Virus record (IMG/VR): IMGVR_UViG_3300028906_000006
Coordinates: 1-46,181 of that record
Direction: 5' to 3' (one strand)
Length of the DNA: 46,181 nt
From: a virus
Taxonomy: Duplodnaviria > Caudoviricetes
Of this stretch, positions 7,368-16,684 are shown in pieces. Each line of letters opens with the position of its first letter. Position 1 is the stretch's first letter. The notes beneath the pieces were generated by a model. It saw only the letters and a list, made by a program, of their open reading frames with translations, was not told the DNA's origin and did not search any database. The translations under genes were made by a program, and so were the position numbers.

Positions 7368-10228
7368 CGGCTTCGCTCATCGCCCTGCGCGGGCACCAGT
7401 TCGTAGATGCGTCCGTAGCTTTCAAGAGGTACGTGAATGGGATTATTCAGGTTAAGGTTGCCATCCGCTGAATGCGAAGTCAGTTTGAATCGCACATACA
7501 GACGTTGCACTTCTGGGGGAACAAGGAATATGCGATAGAGAAAGTCTTGTTCCGCTCCCGGAACAGCTTGCGCCACGTCGGCATCGGAGTTTGGCGGATC
7601 GAAGCCCCACTGCGCCCCAGCAGCAATAGAACTACTGAGGTTCCTGCCCATAGTGACATTGACGTTGGCGTCGCCGTAGTAATCGAAGAACGGAGCATCT
7701 GGACGGTTGGGGCCGCCATTCAGCAGGAGAATCAAGTCTGCAGTGTACTGACTTCCGGAATCATCTGCTCCGGTGTAAAGCTGATAGAGTTGGCCGGTCG
7801 TCGAACCGGCATTGACTTGCAGCTTTCCATTGGTGTCACGGATGAGTGCCGAAGAGAATGGCGCGGCATAGTTCATGGCAAGCGATGTTGGATAAGACCC
7901 CAAAGGAATAGGAGAAGTGGTCACAAGTCCAGCCGTGGTAACACCGATCTGCCACGAGGTGAAATTAAGAGGATCGTTAAGGAAAACAGTAGTAGGCGAC
8001 CCGGTAGGCACTGGCCCTGTAGTCAGTGACCCGATAGCGTTTACTGCCAGCACCCACAAGTTACCGGAAGAATCTTTCATAATGGCGGGATTGGGAGATG
8101 AAGCGATAGCTGTCGGAGTAGATGTCAGTAGGCCACTCGAATTTACTCCGATGGCCCAGCCCGAAGCTGCCACTAGAGGCCCAGAGAATTGCGCACTGTA
8201 GCCCTGCCCGTAAAGCGATCCTGGAGCTGAATACACTTCCTTAAGTTTGAAGTCGTGGATGATGGTGTAGGGCGTGCCATCGGATTTCTGTGCTTCGATC
8301 CGCAATTCTTCCTTGTTTTTAGACACATCGCGGTAGTAGACGCATTCCACGGCGGAGAGATACTGGTCGCCAATCTGCGCCAGTTCGGCCATTTCGTATT
8401 CATCGCTAGCGCCTACGGGGACACCTGAGGAAAACGTGCAGAGTTGCTTGTCTCCGGTAACCCAGTAGAATCCCTGTGCGCCGCATTTCGTTCCTGCCCT
8501 GCGCCCGGCTATGCCTACCGCCCACGGCCCGGTCCACTGCTGGATGCCTGCAAGGTTGACAGACAAAGCACAGTCATGCAGCGTTCCGCAGAAAACTTCC
8601 TGGTCAATCTCAAACATTCCAGTCATGGCTTCGGCAGTCGGAAAGGTGTCAATATCGTTTGGCGCCCAGCTTTGCTCTGGCATCCCTACAAACAAGCCTG
8701 CCCGAAGGTCCGCAAAAGATCCGGAACGTCTCAAAGTTGGTGAATTTGTGTCGGCGGAGTAGGCGTAGTCTCCTGCCAGGCAGAACATATTGCACTGCGA
8801 AGGAACGATGCCGTTGCGTGTAGGCAGTTCGTGCTGGCCATCAATGTTTGCCTGCAAGACCGTGTAACTAGTCTGCCCATTCGGAACTACCGCCCAGTTC
8901 ACGGCATTATCTGCGACGGCGTAAGGAACGACGGCACCGTCTCCGGTCCTGCCGATCAGGATTTGCCATTCCGTGTCCGTTCCTGAAAGGTCAGGAAGTC
9001 CTGTAATTCTCCAGTTCGACCGATAAGCCGTCTCGGCTACTCTTGTGCCGATAGCGATGCGGTTGCCGACGTGCCCGCCTCCATTCACATTGTAGATTGA
9101 AGCATAGAACTGGAATCCAGGATTTGACCCGCCGATGGATGATGCTGCCAGTCCACGGTTCTGGTTGACTTGGTACGTCGTGTCCTGCGTTGGCGCCAGC
9201 ACATCAACAGAAGTTGTAGCGTTGGCTGCCTGCACGATTCGCTTGACCGTTCCCACTGCTCCGGTGTTTGCGCTGGTGTTTCCCGACGGCAACGTCACTG
9301 TGAAGTTGTTTCCGTCAATGAATGCATGAACGTAGTAGATGCCATCGAAGTTCCCTGTCCCGGTTAGAATGACAACATCCTGAGCCGATAGGCCGTGAGC
9401 CGTGGAATTTACCAGCAGGGCGCTGCCTGTGCGCGTGCAGGAGACAACGCTGGTAGCTGTGTTGGTAAAAAAGTAGGCTAGATTTCCTCCGTCGGTCGTT
9501 CCGGCAATCAGTTTTACCCAAGCCGCGTTTACTGTGCTCAGGTTCGGAAGTCCTGCAACTGTCAGTTTGTTGTTCAACGTCATCACGATGCGCCCGGTAG
9601 CTACGGAGATGGTCGCTGGTCCTATTTCATTGACGCCAAGCTCAAAAATGGCAACATAGACAAGCCTTCCTGACAGGAGGTCTGCAGGGAATGTTCCTCC
9701 AGCTCCCTGCGTAACCGTAACCGATGCCGCCTGCGCAATCGTCAGTTCTCTTACGCCTTCCACGACGGTAACATTCTGCACCTGCGTCAAAGTCAATGCA
9801 GGCAAGCCGGAGTCTCTCCATGTAGTGCCGTCGTACCATTTCTGGTCTGTGCCGTTGCCGTAGTGGAAGCGGTTGTTGGCAAAGAATCCTGCACCCTTGG
9901 AAATGGAAGCTACGGACGCCCCTCGCAGAGCGGGAGTCGTGACGATGCCGCTCGAGGTGTCCAGCGTCTTCAGTGTCTTGTCATTCGACATGAACAGTAC
10001 GAACTTTCCTCCGGTAACTTGGCGATACGGGAACAGGCTGTGGATCGGAGAAGCTGCTACGGAGTTCATGGTCACTGTCGAGTAGCCCCAGCGAAGCTCC
10101 CAAAAGCCTGCTTGCTTGGGGCACCAGTTGAGGCACCTGAGCGCCCGGTTGCGCGGCAGATTGATTGGATTCGATCTGCTGTCAACCCCTCCTGCGTCGA
10201 TTTCTTCAAAAGGGAGAAGCTCGGCCAT
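7364..10228 (-). CDS. Tail nozzle / DNA stabilization protein (P22 gp10-like beta-propeller with insertions)
   Basis: 954 aa; GGVDSRSNP...LRCLNW...LRWGY N-terminus; beta-rich; AHGLSAQDVVIL FCCH-like insert; follows the adaptor. Confidence 0.7.
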   Translation of the reverse strand: MAELLPFEEIDAGGVDSRSNPINLPRNRALRCLNWCPKQAGFWELRWGYSTVTMNSVAASPIHSLFPYRQVTGGKFVLFMSNDKTLKTLDTSSGIVTTPALRGASVASISKGAGFFANNRFHYGNGTDQKWYDGTTWRDSGLPALTLTQVQNVTVVEGVRELTIAQAASVTVTQGAGGTFPADLLSGRLVYVAIFELGVNEIGPATISVATGRIVMTLNNKLTVAGLPNLSTVNAAWVKLIAGTTDGGNLAYFFTNTATSVVSCTRTGSALLVNSTAHGLSAQDVVILTGTGNFDGIYYVHAFIDGNNFTVTLPSGNTSANTGAVGTVKRIVQAANATTSVDVLAPTQDTTYQVNQNRGLAASSIGGSNPGFQFYASIYNVNGGGHVGNRIAIGTRVAETAYRSNWRITGLPDLSGTDTEWQILIGRTGDGAVVPYAVADNAVNWAVVPNGQTSYTVLQANIDGQHELPTRNGIVPSQCNMFCLAGDYAYSADTNSPTLRRSGSFADLRAGLFVGMPEQSWAPNDIDTFPTAEAMTGMFEIDQEVFCGTLHDCALSVNLAGIQQWTGPWAVGIAGRRAGTKCGAQGFYWVTGDKQLCTFSSGVPVGASDEYEMAELAQIGDQYLSAVECVYYRDVSKNKEELRIEAQKSDGTPYTIIHDFKLKEVYSAPGSLYGQGYSAQFSGPLVAASGWAIGVNSSGLLTSTPTAIASSPNPAIMKDSSGNLWVLAVNAIGSLTTGPVPTGSPTTVFLNDPLNFTSWQIGVTTAGLVTTSPIPLGSYPTSLAMNYAAPFSSALIRDTNGKLQVNAGSTTGQLYQLYTGADDSGSQYTADLILLLNGGPNRPDAPFFDYYGDANVNVTMGRNLSSSIAAGAQWGFDPPNSDADVAQAVPGAEQDFLYRIFLVPPEVQRLYVRFKLTSHSADGNLNLNNPIHVPLESYGRIYELVPAQGDERSR

Positions 10229-10915
10229 TTACGTTGAACGTACCGCACACTCATTGAGGTTCAGTTGGAGCTTGTAGTTGGGATCGAATTGTTTTCGCTG
10301 CATCAGGTCTTGCAGTCCTTGCTCGTACTCTTCTTGGGCGTCCACGGTCTTCTCGTTCTTGCTGCCATACGCAAACTTGAAGATCTTGGCATTCATCCCC
10401 GAGACAATCGTGTTGTGGCCGTAAGGAGGAATTAGTGGAACGTTGTCGTTCGCAGAGTCGCTTGCAGGATTCGGCATCCCCCATCCGATGATGTAGGCGT
10501 TGTACGATGCATCCGGCGGGTCGATCAGCAGTGTCTTCCAGTCACCAGACGCCATTGTGTAGCGACCCGGTTGCTGTGTCTGCGTATTGTTCTGCATCTC
10601 GATCAGCGTTTCAGGATCGAAGACCGGAGTAAGTTCCGCTACCTGCAGTGGATTCGGCGAGGTGATGAGCGTAAACTTCGTGATTTCATCTATGGCAATC
10701 TCGGCGAGCGAAGGGAACAGTGTGGAATTCGTCAGGTCGTAAGTAGGCTGATTTATTGTCAGCGAGAAGTTGACCTGGATGCGTCTCCACCAGAATCTCT
10801 GCCGTTTGCAGATGTCTTGCAACACGAAGCGATAGAGCGACTGCAAACTTAAAACCTTCTCGCCTTTTCTTTCGCTCAGTTGATTACTTAATTCAATTAT
10901 TTCAGACCTTTGGAT
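10229..10915 (-). CDS. Head-tail adaptor protein (probable ATC start at 10915; first canonical start is TTG at 10846)
   Basis: DICKRQRFWW...YDL...PGRY...IDPPD...PLIPPYGH...YEQGL adaptor pattern. The frame is open 23 codons upstream of the TTG to an ATC preceded by AAGGGG. Confidence 0.7.
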   Translation of the reverse strand: MQRSEIIELSNQLSERKGEKVLSLQSLYRFVLQDICKRQRFWWRRIQVNFSLTINQPTYDLTNSTLFPSLAEIAIDEITKFTLITSPNPLQVAELTPVFDPETLIEMQNNTQTQQPGRYTMASGDWKTLLIDPPDASYNAYIIGWGMPNPASDSANDNVPLIPPYGHNTIVSGMNAKIFKFAYGSKNEKTVDAQEEYEQGLQDLMQRKQFDPNYKLQLNLNECAVRST

Positions 10916-10928
10916 GGCGCACCCCTTG

Positions 10929-10937
10929 TGATAAAAT
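10929..10937 (+). promoter_or_regulatory. Extended -10 promoter for the HNH-AP2 gene
   Basis: TG-a-TAAAAT, 34 nt upstream of ATG 10972; GGAGG SD downstream. Confidence 0.55.
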
Positions 10938-10971
10938 GGCTGGGTAGCACAAATCCTTTAGCGGAGGATTC

Positions 10972-11490
10972 ATGCCGAAACGTCGAATGAAGCGACATTC
11001 CGTCACCCAGCCACTGAACAAATCTTACCGCCTTATCCCGCTTACAAAAGGACAAAACGCGATCGTCGATGCCCGCAAATTTGAGCATCTCTCGCAGTGG
11101 AACTGGTATGCCTCTTGGAATAGGGACACTAAGAGCTTCTATGCCAGGCGTACCAACGAAGAGCATCGACATGTATGGATGCATCATGTAGTCCTCGGCA
11201 TTAGTTCCAAGAAACGCGGCGACCATAAAAACCATAACACTCTCGATAACCGAATAGATAACCTTAGAAAATGCACGAATTCCCAGAACCACCAAAACCA
11301 AAGGAAGAGAGAGAACAAAAAATACAAAGGAACAACTTGGCACAAAGTAGTTAAGCGGTGGGCCGCTACCATATGTTCCAAACGCAGAAGGAAGCATCTC
11401 GGTTATTTCATATCGGAAGAAGCAGCCGCTCGCGCATACGATGCAGCAGCTAGTAAGCTCTTCGGTAAGTTTGCGTGCTTGAATTGTTGA
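10972..11490 (+). CDS. HNH-AP2 homing endonuclease, inverted relative to the operon
   Basis: IPLTKG...AIVD...W; MHHVVL...DHKNHNTLDNRIDNLR; YKG...W.ATI...HLGYF.SEEAAARAYD AP2 domain. Confidence 0.92.
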   Translation: MPKRRMKRHSVTQPLNKSYRLIPLTKGQNAIVDARKFEHLSQWNWYASWNRDTKSFYARRTNEEHRHVWMHHVVLGISSKKRGDHKNHNTLDNRIDNLRKCTNSQNHQNQRKRENKKYKGTTWHKVVKRWAATICSKRRRKHLGYFISEEAAARAYDAAASKLFGKFACLNC

Positions 11491-12298
11491 ACGCATGTAC
11501 TGTTCTCTCCAGTCCTTCACGAAGCGGCGTAACTTTCCAACTTCCCAGTGCCATTTCTAGCTTCTCTGTCTTCTGCGCCTTTCTTGCTGGACCTTCGGGC
11601 TTCGACTTGTCGTAGACAATCTCGCCGCGATAGTCCGTGATGTCCGCAAGCATCTCGGCGAGTTCCTGTATCGTTGATTCTTCGCCGCCAAGGTTGAATG
11701 TCCCTTCATGCTCAGCTAGTCGGACGATGAGCAGCGCACAATCGTCTTCGTACATGAAGGAGCGCGTCTGCTGTCCGTTGCCCCAGACGACTAGCGGGCT
11801 TTCTCCTGTTAGCATTCGCTCTACGAGCGCCGGGATGACATGCTTAACGGGATTCGTCCAATCGTAGGATGGTCCGTAAATGTTCGATGGCCTGACAATC
11901 GTTGCTTTCACGTCAGAGTAGCGGCACGCCAGTTCGCCTACACGCTTGGCCCAACCATAGCCGCGGTTGGCTTCCTCGGGCTCTCCGTTGAATCCTTCCG
12001 CTTCAGGAGTTGGCACAGAGGCAGTGTCAGGATAGACACAGGAGCTTGACAGATAGACGATGTGGTCGGTCTGCTGCACAAGGTTCAAAGGCACTTGCGC
12101 GGTTTCAAGGAAGTCGTGGCTGCCGATGCCCCGCGTGGGCGCTGCGCAATCGTAGATGAGGTCGTAGCCGTCGCGCACGTCGCGGGCATCCCATCCAAAA
12201 CGTTTGTCGCACAAGTCTGGGCATATGCCGTTGTCGCGCAGGATTCGCACGACGTTTGAGCCGATTAAGCCTGCGCTGCCTGCGACAAGGACTCGCAT
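11450..12298 (-). CDS. NAD-dependent sugar epimerase/dehydratase (GDP-fucose synthase / GDP-mannose epimerase-like)
   Basis: VAGSAGLIGS Rossmann motif, SSSCVYP, YGWAK catalytic motif, NIYGP, WGNGQQTRSF. Confidence 0.9.
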   Translation of the reverse strand: MRVLVAGSAGLIGSNVVRILRDNGICPDLCDKRFGWDARDVRDGYDLIYDCAAPTRGIGSHDFLETAQVPLNLVQQTDHIVYLSSSCVYPDTASVPTPEAEGFNGEPEEANRGYGWAKRVGELACRYSDVKATIVRPSNIYGPSYDWTNPVKHVIPALVERMLTGESPLVVWGNGQQTRSFMYEDDCALLIVRLAEHEGTFNLGGEESTIQELAEMLADITDYRGEIVYDKSKPEGPARKAQKTEKLEMALGSWKVTPLREGLERTVHAFNNSSTQTYRRAY

Positions 12299-13206
12299 AC
12301 ACCTGCCTTTCGGAAAACTTCTTCAAACCTCAACTCCATCCTATGGTGCTTGTAGACTTCATCGCTAGAGTGCCCGCATTTAAGAGCGAAGCGTATTTTA
12401 TCCGCGCACTGGTATGCGCCTTCGTATGAGTGATAACCAAGCTCCACTGGTTGTTTTGGAGCTACCAGCTCACAACCGCAAGCTAGGCTCTCCAGTACCT
12501 TGGCCACCAGCACATTGGACAGGCTCGGGAAAGTCACAAACACCTTGATGCGGCGGTAGGTCTCCGCCAGCAGAAGCATCGACCGCCGGATGTTCAGCCC
12601 TTCGAAATCCCACACGCCGATCGCTGGGATGAGTCCTCGTTCCGACTGGCATCCTGTGCGGTAGTCAATCTTGATGTCGCCAAGGTGCGGAGTGAGTTCC
12701 TCGACAAATCGTTGCCGCTTGGGATACATTAGGCCGATGAAGCCTACTTCGATGTCACGCTCTGGATAGGTGCATCCCACCGCCGGGTTGAACATTTCGT
12801 AGTCCACACCCAGAGGAAGGAACGTGCCTTTGTACTTTTCGGCGTCGGCACGGTCAGGAAAGAAGTGGAAGTCAAACATGCGCTCGAAGTTGGCGTATTC
12901 CAGCGAGTAGTCCTCGCGCACAAAAGATTCGTGATACCAGCCCACCTTGGGGCACTTCAGCTTTGCCCATCCAGGGTAGAAGTGCTGGATCCACTTCCGC
13001 AAGTGCTCAGGGCCGGAAACAATCACCATGTCGCAATCGTCTATCGGCTTGTTCACCTTGTCGGCCATCGCCTGCGTAACCTGCGTGACCGGAGGGACGC
13101 CGATGGCTGTAACTTCGTGGCCCATGCGCGCGAGCACTTCCGCAAATCCTTCGCACTGCACCCAGCCGGCAAACGGAGAGTCAGAATAGAATGCCGCTAT
13201 CTTCAC
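12265..13206 (-). CDS. Glycosyltransferase, GT-B fold (CgeB / Glyco_trans_1_2-like)
   Basis: FLPLGVD, DIEVGFIG.MYPKR, KVLESLACG; probable GTG start overlapping the upstream stop. Confidence 0.75.
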   Translation of the reverse strand: MKIAAFYSDSPFAGWVQCEGFAEVLARMGHEVTAIGVPPVTQVTQAMADKVNKPIDDCDMVIVSGPEHLRKWIQHFYPGWAKLKCPKVGWYHESFVREDYSLEYANFERMFDFHFFPDRADAEKYKGTFLPLGVDYEMFNPAVGCTYPERDIEVGFIGLMYPKRQRFVEELTPHLGDIKIDYRTGCQSERGLIPAIGVWDFEGLNIRRSMLLLAETYRRIKVFVTFPSLSNVLVAKVLESLACGCELVAPKQPVELGYHSYEGAYQCADKIRFALKCGHSSDEVYKHHRMELRFEEVFRKAGVCESLSQAAQA

Positions 13207-13754
13207 GGTTTCACCCATTCCCAAATTAGGTCTGCTACGGGCTTATATCCTGGACAGCACTCCGCAACCGCAGCCATCAAGGGAGCTTGGTTCGAATCGT
13301 GCCCACAGATCAGCGCTCCTGAGCTGGTGCGCGGCAGCCAAGTCAGGATGTCCCGCTTGACGCTGTGATAGTCGTGCGAGCCGTCGATGAATACCATGTC
13401 GGCAAAGCCCGGCAAGGGCGGAACGTCATCGTGGTTCGTCCTGACAGGAATGACTTTTCCAGCCAGCATCAAGTCTCCTGTGTGCGTGCAGAACCTTTCA
13501 TACAGGGTCTTGCGTTCGTCGTCCGGAGTTCCTGCTTCCCACCAGCCTTGGTCTACCGTTCTCAAGCCTTTCCAATCGTCAATGGCATAGACTACGCCAC
13601 GGGCATTTTCGCCCAAGGCTCTTGTAGATCTTCCCTGATAGGAACCTACTTCCACGATGAAGTCGCGGGTCTTGGCCTGTTCGCCTAGCCAGTTCAAATC
13701 CATTTCCGACATCCATCCGGGTACATCAACGGCCAGCAATTTCAGCCATCCCAA
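13203..13754 (-). CDS. Class I SAM methyltransferase (Methyltransf_24 type)
   Basis: IVEVGSYQGRST, AIDDW, DMVFIDGSHDY.SVKRDI, ICGHD. Confidence 0.85.
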   Translation of the reverse strand: MGWLKLLAVDVPGWMSEMDLNWLGEQAKTRDFIVEVGSYQGRSTRALGENARGVVYAIDDWKGLRTVDQGWWEAGTPDDERKTLYERFCTHTGDLMLAGKVIPVRTNHDDVPPLPGFADMVFIDGSHDYHSVKRDILTWLPRTSSGALICGHDSNQAPLMAAVAECCPGYKPVADLIWEWVKP

Positions 13755-14226
13755 AACTTCCCGGCCAGTAAGTTACTTTCCGGCCAGTCTTCTTTGCAAA
13801 AGTCTCTACCGCCAGTTTCACTCCTGGGTAATCAGGCGCATCAACGTCGTGAATGAAGATGCGCTTGGCTCGTGGCCCGAAGGATTCCAGATCCGACATC
13901 GCTCCTTCAAACGTATGGTCGCCGTCAATGAACAGCACTTCATAGTCGTTGGCCAGGAGTTTCTTTATGGCTTCGTCCTTGATCGAGTCGGCACAGTAAA
14001 AGGTCCAGTCAGGATGCCCTCGGAATACCTGGCAGTCGTTGATGTCCACGCTATAGAGGTGCCCTCCGTGCTCTTCGATGCCTGCCAGTAGAGCGGACGT
14101 GGAGCAGCCGGATCGAACACCGATTTCAAGACAGTTTCCTCGGGCGGCGGCTCTGAGCCTTGGCAAGTGGTCTTGAATGTCCGACCAGTGAGAGAGGTGG
14201 TAATCATATTTTGTTTTAGCCGACAA
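13726..14226 (-). CDS. Class I SAM methyltransferase (Methyltransf_24 type)
   Basis: LEIGVRSGCST, LYSVDI, LFIDGDHT, IHDV. TTG start at 14226 behind GGAG; the longer 14370 start overlaps the upstream gene. Confidence 0.85.
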   Translation of the reverse strand: MSAKTKYDYHLSHWSDIQDHLPRLRAAARGNCLEIGVRSGCSTSALLAGIEEHGGHLYSVDINDCQVFRGHPDWTFYCADSIKDEAIKKLLANDYEVLFIDGDHTFEGAMSDLESFGPRAKRIFIHDVDAPDYPGVKLAVETFAKKTGRKVTYWPGSFGMAEIAGR

Positions 14227-15154
14227 GCTGAATCTCCGCCTCAAGCCTTGGTTGCGTCTTGTAGGTGCCTTCGCGCTTGGCCCGTTCAATGCACACTTCC
14301 CGATAGGGCAGGAAGTCGCGTATCCCGAATGGGTATTTCCCGATGTGGCCTGGTTGCACCGATGAATCACAAAATGTGGGGATGTCGCAATACTTGCGGA
14401 GCACGTAGCAAAATCCCATGTCTTCGCCCATCTCCCGGTCGCCTACAGGAGTGCTAAGGAAACGGAACCAGAAGCAAGTCTTGTCATCGTCGAATCTCTT
14501 TAGCCTAGTCTCTTGCAACTTGCGCAGCCTGTCTCCGGCCATCCCGTAAAAATCCTGCTCCCACAAGCATTCAAAGTAGACTTGAGCAACCTGCTCGAAA
14601 GCGCTGCGGCTAACCAGCATGAATCCTGTCCCGCCTCCGCCAATCTCGAATGTCTGCCCTTCAGGCCATTCCCAGATCTGCCTGAAGTTCCCTGTCTCCT
14701 GCTCAAAGAATTTGATATTCGGCATTGGCGGGTCAACGCGCGTAGTGCACAGCCCGACAATGATGTCTTTCTTGCGGTCCAGCAAGCGGAGCAAGTAATC
14801 CGGCTCGGGAACCATGTCATCGTCAATCAGAAGGGCGTGAGTCCAAGGCTTTCCGGATTTTAGGTGGTCGGTCAAGAGAGCGTTGCGCGACCAGTGGATG
14901 ATGGCTGACTGCATGGAAGGCCCGTCATAGACAATCGCTCGGTTCGATTCCATCGTAAGCTTCTTCATGGCCAGAACGGAATCTCTGGTCTGCGGCTCAG
15001 GGCTCCGGAACGTCGGGCAGAGGATAACTACAGTGGGCTTCTCTTCCTGCTTTTCCCCAGCTATCTCAACATCGATTCCGAATTGCCGCTTGAGCGAAGA
15101 CCTGCCAGCAGGAGACATCAAAAGTCTTCGGACCTGCTTGTCAAGCTTGCTAAT
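14216..15154 (-). CDS. Glycosyltransferase, GT-A/GT2-like (probable ATT start at 15154; first canonical start 15121)
   Basis: VVILCPT, SRN, LLIDDD (DxD), GTGFMLV, GEDMGFC, GHIG. Confidence 0.8.
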   Translation of the reverse strand: MSKLDKQVRRLLMSPAGRSSLKRQFGIDVEIAGEKQEEKPTVVILCPTFRSPEPQTRDSVLAMKKLTMESNRAIVYDGPSMQSAIIHWSRNALLTDHLKSGKPWTHALLIDDDMVPEPDYLLRLLDRKKDIIVGLCTTRVDPPMPNIKFFEQETGNFRQIWEWPEGQTFEIGGGGTGFMLVSRSAFEQVAQVYFECLWEQDFYGMAGDRLRKLQETRLKRFDDDKTCFWFRFLSTPVGDREMGEDMGFCYVLRKYCDIPTFCDSSVQPGHIGKYPFGIRDFLPYREVCIERAKREGTYKTQPRLEAEIQLVG

Positions 15155-15569
15155 TGACGTCTCTCCCTTGTGCTGCCGAGCGTGTCATCCAGTCGGCTAT
15201 CTCTTCGGCCTTGCGCAGCGCCATCGCTAGTTCTACGGAATCCATCGGCGCGGTCCTGCGCTCGGCGCGCTTCTTGGCAACGGCTCTTTCCTGCGCTTCC
15301 CGTTCTTCAGGAGTTTCGCCGGAGAGTCTTGCTTCCTGCTCCGCGCGGTATTCAGGCTTGCGGTCGTATCCGCCATCTTCGGCTTTTACATATTCATTGG
15401 GGTGCGCTTCAAAGCCCATCCAAATCTTCTTGTCGCTGGGATCGGTAACCTTGCCAAAGGATTCTGGTGCGCAGTTTGGGCACTCATCCGGAAGCTGGCT
15501 GTCTTCAGTCCAGCGTGAACGGACGCGCGGCCCTTCCTCTCCGCAGTTGCCGCACTTAGCCACCAGCAA
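15150..15569 (-). CDS. Zinc-ribbon hypothetical protein
   Basis: CGNCG...CPNC followed by a charged helical tail; late operon. Confidence 0.55.
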   Translation of the reverse strand: MLVAKCGNCGEEGPRVRSRWTEDSQLPDECPNCAPESFGKVTDPSDKKIWMGFEAHPNEYVKAEDGGYDRKPEYRAEQEARLSGETPEEREAQERAVAKKRAERRTAPMDSVELAMALRKAEEIADWMTRSAAQGRDVN

Positions 15570-16038
15570 CCCGCTGCTTCGTTTGGCTCAATAGCTCGTT
15601 TCTGTCATTTTCTAGACGCGTCCGCATCCCTGCCAGTTGTTCGCGTTCTAGCAAAAGCTGCTGGCCTTCTGTCAGCCAAGCAATGTTCCACTGCTCGCGC
15701 GTACAGAATCCGCCTTTCTTGTCCAGCCAGTATTGAATCTCCGGATCCGCGGTGTGAAACTCTCCGCGAATGAACTCCACATAGCCGCCGGGAACCAGTT
15801 GCGTCTCGCCATTGACGACGACACGCTTGTCCGGAGGGATGCTGCAAACCCGCGTCCGGCCGTCACGCAAAGCTACGTTGATTGTGCTGCCAGGAGCCGG
15901 GTGCCCCGGATCGCTTGGCGCATCGTTGAGCAGATATTCCTTGCTCTCGACTACGTGATTGGACTGCCCGTCCGAGCACAGCCATTCGCCGATGTTGAAT
16001 TTCTTCTGGCAGTTCAGGCATTTCCAGGTTGGAAGCAT
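15556..16038 (-). CDS. Hypothetical protein (late operon)
   Basis: 160 aa; AGGAG SD; N-terminal CxxC...C...H; C-terminal coiled coil. Confidence 0.6.
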   Translation of the reverse strand: MLPTWKCLNCQKKFNIGEWLCSDGQSNHVVESKEYLLNDAPSDPGHPAPGSTINVALRDGRTRVCSIPPDKRVVVNGETQLVPGGYVEFIRGEFHTADPEIQYWLDKKGGFCTREQWNIAWLTEGQQLLLEREQLAGMRTRLENDRNELLSQTKQRVAGG

Positions 16039-16608
16039 TCACATCTCCTTGTGGGGACAGATACCCCCGTTTCGATTTCTTCCCAAGTTGCAATTCCAGC
16101 ACTGCACCTGTATACCCTCTGGAAACCCTGCTTTTACAAGAGCGCAATAGAACGCCCCAGAACCACCGTTATTCCTGCCGAGGATAGCACGTCGGTGAGT
16201 TGACCCGTCGTTGTTGGTGTGGTCGAGGGTTAGAAACATGCGAATTGTCTCTCCGCAGCAGGCGCACTTACATCCGCCATAGAATTCAAAGCAGGCGTCT
16301 TGATATTTCTTGCGGCGCTCGATTTGCCTTTCTGAATTCTTGGCAGCACACGGAGCACAGTACTTCGCCTTTCCAATGCGCTCTCCGAGAGGCTGATAGC
16401 AGGAAAGACAAAGCCCTTCCTTGCGAGCTTTCCACCTATTCGTTGCACTGCGCTTCTTGAGCCGTTCAGGATTTCTGTCATACCCAAGTCTGTGGAGTTC
16501 TCTGTCGCACTCCCGGCAAATATACTTCTGTTTGTCCGGTGAGGTTTTCAAGGGGCCGAAATGTTCCAGCCCCTTGATTTCCTTGCAGTGGCTGCATTGT
16601 TTTTCCAT
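16039..16608 (-). CDS. HNH / Endonuclease VII-like free-standing endonuclease
   Basis: N-terminal CxxC fingers; CACCGE...LTLDHTNNDG...QVQCWNCN. Confidence 0.8.
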   Translation of the reverse strand: MEKQCSHCKEIKGLEHFGPLKTSPDKQKYICRECDRELHRLGYDRNPERLKKRSATNRWKARKEGLCLSCYQPLGERIGKAKYCAPCAAKNSERQIERRKKYQDACFEFYGGCKCACCGETIRMFLTLDHTNNDGSTHRRAILGRNNGGSGAFYCALVKAGFPEGIQVQCWNCNLGRNRNGGICPHKEM

Positions 16609-16625
16609 GTTGCCCTCTGTTTGTT

Positions 16626-16654
16626 ACCGTACTGGTTTCAAACGAGAAAGTCAA
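16626..16654 (-). promoter_or_regulatory. Sigma70-type promoter for the endonuclease gene
   Basis: TTGACT-17 nt-TACGGT on the minus strand, followed by GAGGG SD and ATG 16608. Confidence 0.55.
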
Positions 16655-16684
16655 CACGTTTTCGTTAATTGTGTAAACTACTGA

